A stretch of 64,000 nucleotides of DNA from a virus (lineage: Duplodnaviria > Heunggongvirae > Uroviricota > Caudoviricetes > Crassvirales): IMG/VR virus record IMGVR_UViG_3300025288_000016, positions 431 to 64,430 of that record; one strand, written 5' to 3'. Positions 1 to 10,616 of this stretch are shown here, one piece after another. Made by a program: the position numbers and the translations under genes. Numbering within the stretch: the first letter of the stretch is position 1; every line of letters begins with the position of its first letter. The notes beneath the pieces were generated by a model that did not search any database, was not told the origin of the DNA, and worked only from the letters and a program-made list of their open reading frames with translations.

Positions 1-779
1 GTTAATTCTGCATCTATTAAAGCTGTTGTTAAACTAGGTGCAGTAATTTCACCATTATATAAAATTTTAAAAGCATTACTTCTTGTTAATACTGTATAAT
101 TTATATCTGCATTTTGTATAGTACCATTACCAACTACAAATATTGGTTTTGTTGGAAATGCATTCCAATCTAAAAAACTTGTAGAAGCAACATCAGCAGC
201 TTGACCAATTACTGTTGCAGCCATTCCTGCAACAATTTGACCTACACCAAATACGGAATTTGCATATCCAGAAATAGTATTATTAATACCTATTGTAACA
301 CCGTCTAAAGAACTATTATCTAGTTTATAACCCATAGATATACTGGTAATACCACTAGATTTTACATCTATACCTAATGCAAAAGAAGATGCTCCTGTAG
401 CCCCATTAGTAGTTGAAGGAAAAAGAGATTTTGATAAATCTATAGCATTATTTCCTATATTTCCATAATTTAAAGGGTCTCGACCTATTAATCTCCATCC
501 TATACCATTACCTTCATCTATAGCTTCTAACCCTGTTGGTGCATTTGGAATAATTGGTAAATTATTTAAATCATTATAATCGTTACTAAATGCAGTAATA
601 CCTAATTCATCTGTTTCTACAAATGTACTAATACCATCTGAACCATTATTATTAAAATCAGATGTATTAACTTTTGCATATAATTCTGTAAAGTTAGCTT
701 CTGTTTTCACAAATGCATCTCTTACAAAATCACCATCTTCGTTATTAGGTGTACCTAAAATTAAATTTAATTGTGCCAT
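1..779 (-). CDS. Partial ORF: ATG at 779-777 and the frame stays open to window start; the C-terminus lies beyond position 1. Tail-fibre-like protein.
   Basis: Manual minus-strand translation from 779 gives MAQLNLILGTPNNEDGDF... It contains repetitive Gly/Ala/Ser-rich 'SFALGIDVKSSGITSISMGY..GVTIGINNTISGYANSVFGVGQ' segments typical of phage fibre or collar repeat proteins. It lies at the distal end of the structural module. Confidence 0.45.
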   Translation of the reverse strand, partial: MAQLNLILGTPNNEDGDFVRDAFVKTEANFTELYAKVNTSDFNNNGSDGISTFVETDELGITAFSNDYNDLNNLPIIPNAPTGLEAIDEGNGIGWRLIGRDPLNYGNIGNNAIDLSKSLFPSTTNGATGASSFALGIDVKSSGITSISMGYKLDNSSLDGVTIGINNTISGYANSVFGVGQIVAGMAATVIGQAADVASTSFLDWNAFPTKPIFVVGNGTIQNADINYTVLTRSNAFKILYNGEITAPSLTTALIDAEL

Positions 780-951
780 TTATATTATAAAATTCCAGAC
801 CATTGGTCTTCTGTTATTTGTAATTCACTTATTCTTAAAGTCATTGTATCTATATGGATGTTCATATTAGAAGTCATAAAACTTCTTTGTTCTATAGTAC
901 CTGGTAAATTTGTTATATTAAATAATGCCATAATCCATTTTATTAATTTTA

Positions 952-1971
952 TTAACCAATCCATATTCCTGAACCTTCATCTCTAATTTCAAATTCAAAT
1001 ACATCTGAACTAGCTGAATCAGTATTAGGTCCTGAATGAATAAATAAACCAGCTTCAATATCTTCTCTAGTAATTATTTGTCCTTCTATAATTGGAGTAC
1101 CATTTAAATAATAAATTCCTTGGTTTGCATTAGATATATCTACTATTCTAATAGCATCTATTAAATCACCTTCTGGGTCAGTATAAGGGTCAACTAATCC
1201 TGTAGTAAACATAGTCATAGTAAGAGTAGTATTTACTCTATTTGCTATATATAAAGTAATATCACCTATATTTTCAGGCGGTAAATTATTATTAGATGAT
1301 AATGCTCCAGATACTCCTAATGTATGTATTAAACTATATAAATAATTTGTATTACTATCTGATACTCTAAAATTAAACACATCTGGACCAAATGCTGTAA
1401 AATCTGTTCTATTATAATATAAATCAATAGAGGTAGAACTTGATAGTCCAAATATATTTATAATAATAGGAGAAGTAACTTCAACTGTATTATAAGTTGT
1501 TTTTAAATTACCATAAGTTGAAGATGTCAAAGGATATATTAATAAATATTTATATCCTTCATATTCAGAATCAAAATAATTTAATGTAAAATCTCCAACA
1601 GTAAATTGATAAGTTGTATCTGTATTTAAATTAACAGTATTATTATCTACAGTAGGTGCTGTATTTGTTAAAACAATAGGTGTTGTTATATTATCATTAG
1701 GTATTATAACTTTATAGTTACATAAATCTTTAGGATATTTATAAACTAATTTAGCAGCTTCATTTTTTAAATATACTATATAATCATCAAATTGAGTACT
1801 TCCTAAATCACTTTTTTCTTGAGCAAAATAAATACAATCATTATACAAACTATAAAGTTCAATAATGCTCATATCTAATTTACCATATATTTTAGCATTA
1901 GATATAGCTTTTGATATACTTGTGATATGTATTTGTTGGTTAACCATTTGAAGAATAATAATTTGTATCAA
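952..1971 (-). CDS. virion structural protein (hypothetical)
   Basis: 339-aa ORF in the structural gene block with an Asn/Thr/Ser-rich beta-like composition. Long ORFs are unlikely by chance in AT-rich DNA. Confidence 0.5.
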   Translation of the reverse strand: MIQIIILQMVNQQIHITSISKAISNAKIYGKLDMSIIELYSLYNDCIYFAQEKSDLGSTQFDDYIVYLKNEAAKLVYKYPKDLCNYKVIIPNDNITTPIVLTNTAPTVDNNTVNLNTDTTYQFTVGDFTLNYFDSEYEGYKYLLIYPLTSSTYGNLKTTYNTVEVTSPIIINIFGLSSSTSIDLYYNRTDFTAFGPDVFNFRVSDSNTNYLYSLIHTLGVSGALSSNNNLPPENIGDITLYIANRVNTTLTMTMFTTGLVDPYTDPEGDLIDAIRIVDISNANQGIYYLNGTPIIEGQIITREDIEAGLFIHSGPNTDSASSDVFEFEIRDEGSGIWIG

Positions 1972-2467
1972 TTACATTATCTCTACTCCCACATGAAGTA
2001 CATTCATTAGAGCAATATTTTTTTAAAGCTGATATTATAATAAGTATTTCATTTATAAAACCTTGTTCTATTGCATCTTCTAAACCTCTTAATAATCTAT
2101 TTGCATTAGTTAAACTTACAGATTCTTTTTTTAAACAATCTTCACATACAGAATATTCAAGTAATTTATTTAAAATACACTCTTTATATCTTGTTAAATC
2201 TTTTGTTATAGCAGATGATATTTCATCTGTATCTTCCGCTTCTAAAAAATAAACTCCATCAAAATAGGATAATCCGATATCTGATAGAGTTATTGTAATA
2301 TTTTCTGTAGCAGATGCAGTTAGTTTAGAAGTTAAATCAATTGCTAATGAATAATCTTTATAAGTTACTTCTGTCCAAAATTTTAAAGATGTGATACTAG
2401 CAGCATCTGTTATAATTACATTCATCTGCGTTCTATTAGCAGATATCTCAAAACTTGTTATTTGCAT
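1940..2467 (-). CDS. hypothetical protein (structural module)
   Basis: 175-aa ORF, co-directional and tightly packed with its neighbours. Confidence 0.45.
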   Translation of the reverse strand: MQITSFEISANRTQMNVIITDAASITSLKFWTEVTYKDYSLAIDLTSKLTASATENITITLSDIGLSYFDGVYFLEAEDTDEISSAITKDLTRYKECILNKLLEYSVCEDCLKKESVSLTNANRLLRGLEDAIEQGFINEILIIISALKKYCSNECTSCGSRDNVIDTNYYSSNG

Positions 2468-2540
2468 CTTTTTATAAAATAAAAAAGGAGAGAAGAGCTT
2501 TGAAACTCAACTCTCCAAGTATTAGTTATTTAAATATTTA

Positions 2541-3542
2541 TTATACTACTGCTAGGTTAGCTGGTACATTACCAGAACCTAAGATAGTACGTAAATCTAC
2601 TAGAACATTATTAGTATTAACATTACTAGCTAAGTTAGTTTTTACAACTAAAATAGTAAGAACTTTTGGTTGTTCTTCTACAGTAGGAGAAATTCTAGAC
2701 TCTTTATATTTAATATGAATTGCATTATATGTACTTCCAGAAGAAGCATAGAAAGGAGTTCTTTCTGTAAAATCTGCTGGATAACCATATTGTCTATAAA
2801 CATCATATTTATATCCTTTAGTAAACCATTCTAAATTTACAGCATACTTACCTGTTCCAGTTCCTGGAAAGTTTTCATTATTTACAACTACAGTAATAGC
2901 GTTAGTATTAACATGTGAAGTACCAGCTACATCAAAACTTTTACCTTGTACATCAAATTCAATTTGACGACCTGTAATTTTACCAGCTACAACTGCTTGA
3001 GCAGCACCAGTAATATCAATAGCATTTGTACTATTAGCAGCTACTACAAATTCACTACCGCCACGTTTTGTTAAGTTATAATTTAAAGAAGTTATTAACC
3101 CATCTCTAATTGCTTGAACAGTTCCAGCACTAGCACCTGTGGTATAACTACCAGTAATTGTTACAAAATTTTCTGGAGATAATGAACCTCCATCATTATA
3201 TAATCTGATATTTACTAAATAAGCTGTATTTGCAGATGCAGAACCTACTGTAGCAGTTACAGATTTATTAACCTCTGCACTATACTCTTTTAAGATTACC
3301 TTTTCTACTTTATCAGCTTTTATAATATCTGAAAATTCATAATTAAGTCCCTTAGAGGAACTACCTGCATTCTTTTGATAAACTTTAAAGTTTTCACCAC
3401 TGGCAGGAGCACTACCATCAGCTGATAGTACTTTGATTTCTTGGTCTGAAGCAGAAGCTATGAAAGTAGCTAATGTAGTTTCTGATGCTACAGCATTACC
3501 TATAATTAGTTCTTCTACTTGGTTTGGTCCAAATACACTCAT
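2541..3542 (-). CDS. virion structural protein (possible major tail or decoration protein)
   Basis: 333 aa, Ser/Thr/Gly/Ala/Val-rich beta-type composition. Lies downstream of the capsid gene. Confidence 0.45.
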   Translation of the reverse strand: MSVFGPNQVEELIIGNAVASETTLATFIASASDQEIKVLSADGSAPASGENFKVYQKNAGSSSKGLNYEFSDIIKADKVEKVILKEYSAEVNKSVTATVGSASANTAYLVNIRLYNDGGSLSPENFVTITGSYTTGASAGTVQAIRDGLITSLNYNLTKRGGSEFVVAANSTNAIDITGAAQAVVAGKITGRQIEFDVQGKSFDVAGTSHVNTNAITVVVNNENFPGTGTGKYAVNLEWFTKGYKYDVYRQYGYPADFTERTPFYASSGSTYNAIHIKYKESRISPTVEEQPKVLTILVVKTNLASNVNTNNVLVDLRTILGSGNVPANLAVV

Positions 3543-3562
3543 TGTATAAAATTAATTGTTAT

Positions 3563-4306
3563 TTATTCGTTTCTATTATTTATTTGAGTTTTTACTGCTA
3601 AATCTTGTGGATTATAATCTGCAGTGGCTAACTCGACAGCTCTATTTAAAATTTCTATATGAACACTTTCATTAAGTTTACAAGTTTGTTCTAATGAAAC
3701 ACCATTAATTGTTAATGTTTCAGATGGAAAAGCAGTTAATAAATTAGTTAAAATTATTGGTTCTGGAAAAAGAACATATCTCATTTTATATTCACTTAAA
3801 TTATAAGGAGATATTAATTCAACATTCTTATTATTTCCTGTTTGAGAATAATAATCCAATCTCCATATTAAATCTTTATCTGGTTTTTTGAATGGATTAT
3901 CTTCTTGTATATTAAATTCATCATGTGTTATTGGTTTTATTTTTACATAAGTTCCATTATTACATGAATTAACATCATTTATTAAAGCTTTTTCTTGTAT
4001 TATAATAAAAGTATTATTAGGTATTCTAAAAAATATAGAATTATCTGATATAGAATCATTTGATGTTACTACAGTTATACTTTTATAATTTCTGATTAAT
4101 TGACTTAAATCATTACGTCTTTTACTAGATTGCTCAAAACCTTTTTGATATTTATTACCTTTTGGTTCAAAATAATTTTTAACTATTTCTAGTTGAGCTT
4201 TTGTTAGATATACAGATTTTTCATATAAATCTATTGACGGAGCATTATTAGTAGCTATACTATTATAAAAAATATCAAATTGATTACTAAATTCAGCTGT
4301 AGTCAT
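3563..4306 (-). CDS. hypothetical protein (structural module)
   Basis: 247-aa ORF; no recognisable motif. Confidence 0.45.
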   Translation of the reverse strand: MTTAEFSNQFDIFYNSIATNNAPSIDLYEKSVYLTKAQLEIVKNYFEPKGNKYQKGFEQSSKRRNDLSQLIRNYKSITVVTSNDSISDNSIFFRIPNNTFIIIQEKALINDVNSCNNGTYVKIKPITHDEFNIQEDNPFKKPDKDLIWRLDYYSQTGNNKNVELISPYNLSEYKMRYVLFPEPIILTNLLTAFPSETLTINGVSLEQTCKLNESVHIEILNRAVELATADYNPQDLAVKTQINNRNE

Positions 4307-4308
4307 TA

Positions 4309-5166
4309 TTAAATAGCGTTATCTATTTTTGCTTCTATTAAGTCTCTAACATCTTGATGTTTAGGATTGTCTAAATACTTAACAGCATTATCAATTGTAG
4401 CCACTGAACCATTTTCACATAAGTCCAAACCATCTACTGTTGCATATTTATTACCATTTCTTTTAATAATACCAGTTTCAATTCCTTTATTAATTAAAGC
4501 TCTAGTTTCAAAACTTTCATCTTGAATAACTGATAAAAATTTACTAGGTGTTTTATCAACATATTCTTCAACTAAACCTTGAACCCATTTTAAAGTAGAT
4601 TGTGAACTAATTGGTTTATTAGTTAATAGTTTTAATATAGATATTAATTTATCTTTATTATCTTCTATTTTACCATATAATTTAAAAGCTTCTTTTTTAA
4701 CATCAAGTTTAGCTTTGTTATCATCAGTTACTTCTCCTGGTCTGGTTATTACAAATTGGTAAGTTGGTTTATTATCTCTTTCTACCCAAGAATGTGCAAT
4801 GTCATCTTCATATTTTTCTAATACTTTTAATGAAATATAACCCATTGGTGTACTTAAATCAAAAACATTACTTGCATCATCTTTACGAAGTTTAACTTTA
4901 AAAGTTTCCCAAAATTTACCATATACTGATAAATCTATTCCTGTTTCTTCTTCTAAAGTTTCTTTTTCTGCTTTAGTTAGAGCATTTACTAATCCTCCAC
5001 CTCTAATTTTTCTAGGTAACACAAATCCTCTTACAGAATTTGTTAACATACCTCCTGATATAACATGGTTGTCTCCAACATTAGCTGCCATACCTTTTTT
5101 TCTTGGAATAAATCTTACCGTAACTATTTCATTTGGTAAGACAAATTTTTTTTCTTCAATTGCCAT
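4309..5166 (-). CDS. hypothetical protein (structural module)
   Basis: 285-aa ORF immediately downstream of the putative major capsid protein (MCP). GGGAGA lies upstream of the start. Confidence 0.45.
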   Translation of the reverse strand: MAIEEKKFVLPNEIVTVRFIPRKKGMAANVGDNHVISGGMLTNSVRGFVLPRKIRGGGLVNALTKAEKETLEEETGIDLSVYGKFWETFKVKLRKDDASNVFDLSTPMGYISLKVLEKYEDDIAHSWVERDNKPTYQFVITRPGEVTDDNKAKLDVKKEAFKLYGKIEDNKDKLISILKLLTNKPISSQSTLKWVQGLVEEYVDKTPSKFLSVIQDESFETRALINKGIETGIIKRNGNKYATVDGLDLCENGSVATIDNAVKYLDNPKHQDVRDLIEAKIDNAI

Positions 5167-5179
5167 TATTTCTCCCGTT

Positions 5180-5218
5180 TAAATTATTAATAAAATAAAG
5201 GGTGTTAAGCACACCCTT
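5180..5218 (-). terminator. Rho-independent terminator after the capsid gene
   Basis: AAGGGTGT-taagc-ACACCCTT hairpin (5198-5218), followed on the minus strand by a U-rich tract. Confidence 0.55.
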
Positions 5219-5241
5219 CAAAGCTATATATATCATTACTA

Positions 5242-6750
5242 TTATGCTAGTAAGGCTGGTTTAAAAGTTGCAGTTCTAGAAGAATCTTTTACCATAGCTC
5301 CAGTGCCACACATTGCTGACATTGTTGCTGAATCTTCCATATGTTGCATAATTCCACCTCTACGTCCACTAAAAGGGTCTCTGATACCAGCTTTATATCC
5401 TCTCATTTCATCGTCACCTCTTACTTTGATTTTTTGGATATTAGGCTCTTCCATAGAACCAATATAAAGGATATCATAACGATAAGATTCTGCTACACCA
5501 CCATCTGGATGTAATATCTTATTACGTACTTTATCATCATACATTGGGTCAACTTCTAACATTACGTGAATATTATTAGGAGCTCTCCATTCAGTAAATT
5601 GGAAACCTGCACCGTAAGCATTATTATGGAACTTAGAACTAACTTTTTCAATAGCTTGAGTTCCTGTGTTATCAAATCCAACAGAAGTCCATCCAGATGC
5701 TAAAGCTGTTACAGCTCTATGGAACTGAGCAGCTCCTCTTTCACCTGTACGTAACATAAATTGACGTTCACCCCAATCTAATTTACCTTCTGATAATTCA
5801 GAAAGAATATCTTCCAACATTGCTATTGCAAAAACATTATAGGTTGAAGTATTACTTACTTCCATTTGTTCTCTAATACCAGAACCAGCTTTAATTTCAA
5901 TGTTAGAATTTCCTTTATTTAAGAATCTACCATTTTCATCTCTGTTTGTTTTACCAAACATTAATGTTCTAGCTTTAATACGAGAAATTGCTTTCTCAAA
6001 TTGCCAGTACACTTCTTGCATCCATGTAACTGACTTATGTGTTTTTCCTGTGTTAGGGTCTCTAGTTTCAATAGCTCCAAAATAAACTGGCTCTACTTTA
6101 ACATCAATCATTGCACCTGATACTTTATGTTCAAAACGAAGTGTAGATACACTATTTCTCATTAAGTAAGGAGATGTAAATTGAATTTCAGAACCTCTTG
6201 TGGAAAGTTCATCTTCAACATAAGAAGATTCAATACTGAATCTAACACCAGCAACTAAATCAGAACCTGGTACACCACCTAGAGTTTCTTGTCCACCCCA
6301 GATTTCAGCTTCATAAACATAATTTCCACCTTCTTCATAAGGCTCTTCTAACAATCTATATTGATAGTCATCTGGTTTATTACCAGCAATAACATGTACT
6401 TTAGAAAAGTATTTTTCTCCAAATACAAGTTCTAGTCTTGTACGACCAGCACCCACATTTGAATCACCAGAATTTACTACAGCTCCTGCATATCTAGCTT
6501 CTACTAAAGGAATGTTTCTTTCTTCACTTCCTACTACTTTCCATACAAAATCATCAGAGGTTTCTAGTACTTTCTCTGGGAATAATGAAAGAGTAGTATC
6601 TAGATTTTTCATCCCTGAGTTTTGTAGTAAAACAGTTGTAAGTGGAGAAACCAATTGAGGCTTCAATCCGAAGATAGCACCAATATGGTTTTTTAACGTT
6701 AATCCTGACCAAGATTTACCTTTGGTCATAACAAATTTACCTAAACTCAT
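5242..6750 (-). CDS. putative major capsid protein
   Basis: 502 aa. Sits directly downstream of the scaffold-like and portal-like genes. Followed by a strong terminator. Confidence 0.5.
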   Translation of the reverse strand: MSLGKFVMTKGKSWSGLTLKNHIGAIFGLKPQLVSPLTTVLLQNSGMKNLDTTLSLFPEKVLETSDDFVWKVVGSEERNIPLVEARYAGAVVNSGDSNVGAGRTRLELVFGEKYFSKVHVIAGNKPDDYQYRLLEEPYEEGGNYVYEAEIWGGQETLGGVPGSDLVAGVRFSIESSYVEDELSTRGSEIQFTSPYLMRNSVSTLRFEHKVSGAMIDVKVEPVYFGAIETRDPNTGKTHKSVTWMQEVYWQFEKAISRIKARTLMFGKTNRDENGRFLNKGNSNIEIKAGSGIREQMEVSNTSTYNVFAIAMLEDILSELSEGKLDWGERQFMLRTGERGAAQFHRAVTALASGWTSVGFDNTGTQAIEKVSSKFHNNAYGAGFQFTEWRAPNNIHVMLEVDPMYDDKVRNKILHPDGGVAESYRYDILYIGSMEEPNIQKIKVRGDDEMRGYKAGIRDPFSGRRGGIMQHMEDSATMSAMCGTGAMVKDSSRTATFKPALLA

Positions 6751-6860
6751 AATTAATTAATCTATTTATTTTTTTTTATTTTTATTATCATTGTTGAGAC
6801 TGTCCAGATATATTTGTCCTGTTTTTTTTAAAACTTCCTAGACTCAATCCTGTCTCTTAT

Positions 6861-8009
6861 TTATAAAACTAGTTCTGAACCAAATTCACTTCCTCCGTAA
6901 CTATTTGGGTCTCCTAAAAATGTTGGAGTATTTCCTTGTCCTTTAAAGTTTGTTTGGCGTAAAGTCTGTTCTAGTTTACTCACAGCTTTACTTTCTGATT
7001 TACTAATGAGTTTAGAAAAGTCTTTAAAACCATTAGTTAACTCGTATAGATAATAAAGTTTTGTATCAAAATTAATAGGGTCTTGCCTTCTATCTCTCAT
7101 CAGTTTGTTTTCCATAATTCCTGATGGGCTTTGACCTACAACCTTAGTAATACTTTGATATACTTTATCTTGTACAGCTTTATCTATTTTTAATCCTTCT
7201 ATAATTTCTTTAGATTTATAGATGGTATTTTTTAAATCATTATCTATTTTTTCTTGTTTTTCAACTTCTTTTTGATGTTCAGTTTGTCTTTCATCTTGTA
7301 ATTTTTGAAGTTGTACTGCTTGCATTTCTTTCAAACTTACTAATGATTCTTTAGCATCTTCAATAATTGATTCTTCTCCTAAATCAATTGTTTTTTTAAG
7401 TAGTTTAAGCGCTCTATCTTCAGTTATACCTTGGTTAATATAATCTTGTAAAATAATATTTTTACTAAGTTCTAAATCATTTGATAAATTATCATCTGTT
7501 ATTTTATCTAAAGTTTGAACAGTATTTACATGATTTTGATATTCAGCTAAAGTTATTCCTTTTTCTAAAGCTTCATATCCATCTTCACCTAATTTATTAA
7601 TAATATATTGTTTAGTTGTATTTTCAGATTCTATTTTGATTGCATCAATTAATCCGTCGGCATCTAAAATTTTATTATTTTTGAGGTCCAGAGAAGGTAA
7701 AAGTCCTCGTTCAACAAGAACGTCTGCAAAGGAAGAATAAATATTGGGAGAATCATCTTGACTATCACCCTCTTCTTGTTCCTCTTCCTCAACTACTTCC
7801 TCCGTTTGGTTTTCACCACCCTCATTGAGATTTATATTTTCTTCATCAGATGTATCATCATCATTATTATCATCAGAACTATCTGATGATTCATTATACT
7901 CCTCACCTAATAATTTTTTTATTTCATCTGGAGCATCATCTAAATTTAGCTCTAGACCTGGAATATCCATGTTCTTAAACATACTCATTCCAAATTCATT
8001 TTCTTCCAT
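6861..8009 (-). CDS. scaffolding-like protein
   Basis: Strongly acidic N-terminal third (DDNNDDDTSDEE..EEEEQEEGDSQDD) followed by a long coiled-coil-like region. Lies between the portal-like and capsid-like genes. Confidence 0.45.
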   Translation of the reverse strand: MEENEFGMSMFKNMDIPGLELNLDDAPDEIKKLLGEEYNESSDSSDDNNDDDTSDEENINLNEGGENQTEEVVEEEEQEEGDSQDDSPNIYSSFADVLVERGLLPSLDLKNNKILDADGLIDAIKIESENTTKQYIINKLGEDGYEALEKGITLAEYQNHVNTVQTLDKITDDNLSNDLELSKNIILQDYINQGITEDRALKLLKKTIDLGEESIIEDAKESLVSLKEMQAVQLQKLQDERQTEHQKEVEKQEKIDNDLKNTIYKSKEIIEGLKIDKAVQDKVYQSITKVVGQSPSGIMENKLMRDRRQDPINFDTKLYYLYELTNGFKDFSKLISKSESKAVSKLEQTLRQTNFKGQGNTPTFLGDPNSYGGSEFGSELVL

Positions 8010-8109
8010 AATATTTAATTTTCTCCCATTAATTTACAAATATACTATTTTTTTTATTAAATGTCAATAATAATTTAATATATTTTCATTTTATTTATTT
8101 TTACCATAG

Positions 8110-10515
8110 CTATTTCTTTACATTTTTATTTTGTCTAGCAACAGAAATTTTCTTATCTTCACGCTCCATTTTATCTTTATGTATTTTCATAGCATCATCT
8201 AATTTACGGATTTTATCTAATTTATCGTTTCTAACTTTTTCTTTATCTAACTCAAATTTTTGTTCGTCTAAAGGTTCTAAAATACCATCAGTTGTTTCTT
8301 CTTGATTATTTAATGATGCATTTAATTCAGCTATATAAATCTTAGTTTCATTATCACGTTGATTTATAATATCTTCTAATTGAAGTTTTGACTGTTCTAA
8401 TTGAAGAGCTTGTTCTTGACCTTGTTGAGCTATTTTATTAGCATCATCAGAAGCTTTAGCATTTCTTTGATTTATTTCATCTTCAGACTTTTCTAATTTA
8501 CGTCTCATATCAGACAAACTAGGACTAAAATAAATATCCATAATAGTACTCATTCCACCACCATTTTGCATAAATGCTTGTGCTGAACTTTTTAACATTT
8601 GTTCAAGTTCTTGTCCTTTTGATGAACTAGTAGCACCTAAACCATAATCACATTCAGCAAATTCATCACCTTCAATATTTAACATTTGAACAGTTTGGTC
8701 ATCCAAAATATATTGTACTTTCTTATTATTACCTTTTAATGCAATTTTAGCTGTTTCTAAAAAAGCTGTTAAAACTCTAAGTTTAACTTTTTCATGTGTA
8801 GCAAACCAATATTCAGTGATGTGTGATGATTGATTAACTGACCTTTCAACACCACCTACTGTTTCATTATTATTAATTTGTCCTTCTCTTTGTCTAGATA
8901 CACCAGCAATTTCAGACATTTCCATTTTAATGAATTCAAGTAATTGTACATGTTGTTGTATATAATTACCAGTTTCCATATCAATAGAGCGTCCTCCTTG
9001 AGTATTAAAACTACCAGCTAATTTACCAGTTGCTGCACCTTGATTACCTTCTTTAAATGAATCTACTACAGCAATTTTATTAACTATAGCAAAATGTAAC
9101 CATTTTTCTATTTCCCAATTATCAGGTACTTTAGCTAAATCTAATTCAAATATTTTACCATAATTTGTAGAAATAGCTTTATTAAGTCTATCCCATATAG
9201 CATCATACATATATTGATAGTTTTTCATTCTATCAATTAATGATACAGCTTTACCTTGATTAGTATTATAAATTTGACCTATAATTCCTGGATGACAATA
9301 AGAAGGATTATTCATTTTATTATATTGAACAGTACGAGGTATCATTTTTAAATAAATATCTTTACCTATTTTAGTACCTTCCCACCATTCATTAACCCAC
9401 ATAGATGTAGATTCTTCACCTAAATTATTGTCAGGAATATATTCTTCAGAACGTATTTTATATTCAATATCACCTTCTTCATTATAATATTTTATTTTTT
9501 GTATTTTTTTGAGAGATTTCCAATATACACGTAATACTCTTATATTACCATTTTCATCTGTATAATTAGAACCAAAATAATGTCCATTAATTTCAGCTAT
9601 TCCAAAAATACTATCATAAGCAGCAACATTTTCTGTACCAAAATTAGAATGTATTCCATCTCTAAATAAAGCATGATTGTTATTATCATCTACATATGAA
9701 TTAGCTGTTTTTTTAGAAGAATAATTTAATATATAATCAATATCAGCTTCTTTTAATTCATCATAAAAATAATCAACTATTTTACCAGGACTCCAATGGT
9801 CTTCTAAAATAATAAGTGAACTATCTTCAATTCTATCAGAATTACCACTACGAACTGAATGTACTTTTAAAGGATTTAATTTAGTTAATACTGGTTCATC
9901 ATGTATAGCATCAACTTGATAAATTTCTTCAGCAAGTATTAATGCATCTTTAAATCCAGAATTAAATATTAAACCAAATTCTTGTTCATTCCAATAATGT
10001 CTTAATATTTGATTAGCCATCTTTTCACGAATATCTTGCCAATCATATTTCATATAATCTTCAAGTTCCTTTAATTTAGCTTGAAGTTCATCTTCTTCAT
10101 AATTTGATTGAAGATATTCTTGAAGTTTTTCAAAATATAACTTCTTTTTAGAATTTTCTTTAGCAGTAACAGCATCTTGATTAGTAACCATTACTCTCCA
10201 ATCAAATCTTCTTTTTATTTCTTCTCCTACTAATAATTCTATTTTAGGAACAATAATAGGATGATGAGGTAAATTATCTGGTATAAAAGTAGCATCTAAT
10301 TGATATGGATTAACAGTATCAGTTAAATCTCTTATATCTACTATACCATTGTATAGATTAAGATTTATTACCTTATTTCTTAAACTTTTTCTAACAGACT
10401 CATTATTATAAAATGAGTGTTTATCAGCAAAATCAATATTATTCTTACGCCAAGTTTTAGTTTTCTTGGAATAAGATAATCTTTGAGGCGGTTGATTTAC
10501 ATTAATTATTGGCAT
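8110..10515 (-). CDS. putative portal protein with charged coiled-coil C-terminal extension
   Basis: 801 aa, positioned between the terminase-like gene and the scaffold. Confidence 0.45.
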   Translation of the reverse strand: MPIINVNQPPQRLSYSKKTKTWRKNNIDFADKHSFYNNESVRKSLRNKVINLNLYNGIVDIRDLTDTVNPYQLDATFIPDNLPHHPIIVPKIELLVGEEIKRRFDWRVMVTNQDAVTAKENSKKKLYFEKLQEYLQSNYEEDELQAKLKELEDYMKYDWQDIREKMANQILRHYWNEQEFGLIFNSGFKDALILAEEIYQVDAIHDEPVLTKLNPLKVHSVRSGNSDRIEDSSLIILEDHWSPGKIVDYFYDELKEADIDYILNYSSKKTANSYVDDNNNHALFRDGIHSNFGTENVAAYDSIFGIAEINGHYFGSNYTDENGNIRVLRVYWKSLKKIQKIKYYNEEGDIEYKIRSEEYIPDNNLGEESTSMWVNEWWEGTKIGKDIYLKMIPRTVQYNKMNNPSYCHPGIIGQIYNTNQGKAVSLIDRMKNYQYMYDAIWDRLNKAISTNYGKIFELDLAKVPDNWEIEKWLHFAIVNKIAVVDSFKEGNQGAATGKLAGSFNTQGGRSIDMETGNYIQQHVQLLEFIKMEMSEIAGVSRQREGQINNNETVGGVERSVNQSSHITEYWFATHEKVKLRVLTAFLETAKIALKGNNKKVQYILDDQTVQMLNIEGDEFAECDYGLGATSSSKGQELEQMLKSSAQAFMQNGGGMSTIMDIYFSPSLSDMRRKLEKSEDEINQRNAKASDDANKIAQQGQEQALQLEQSKLQLEDIINQRDNETKIYIAELNASLNNQEETTDGILEPLDEQKFELDKEKVRNDKLDKIRKLDDAMKIHKDKMEREDKKISVARQNKNVKK

Positions 10516-10616
10516 AGTATTTTTTATAACTTGTAAATATAGTTAATTTTTTTATAAAAGTCAAGTAATTTCTATTTTATTTTATATTTATTAAATAATC
10601 CTATAGCTATTAATAA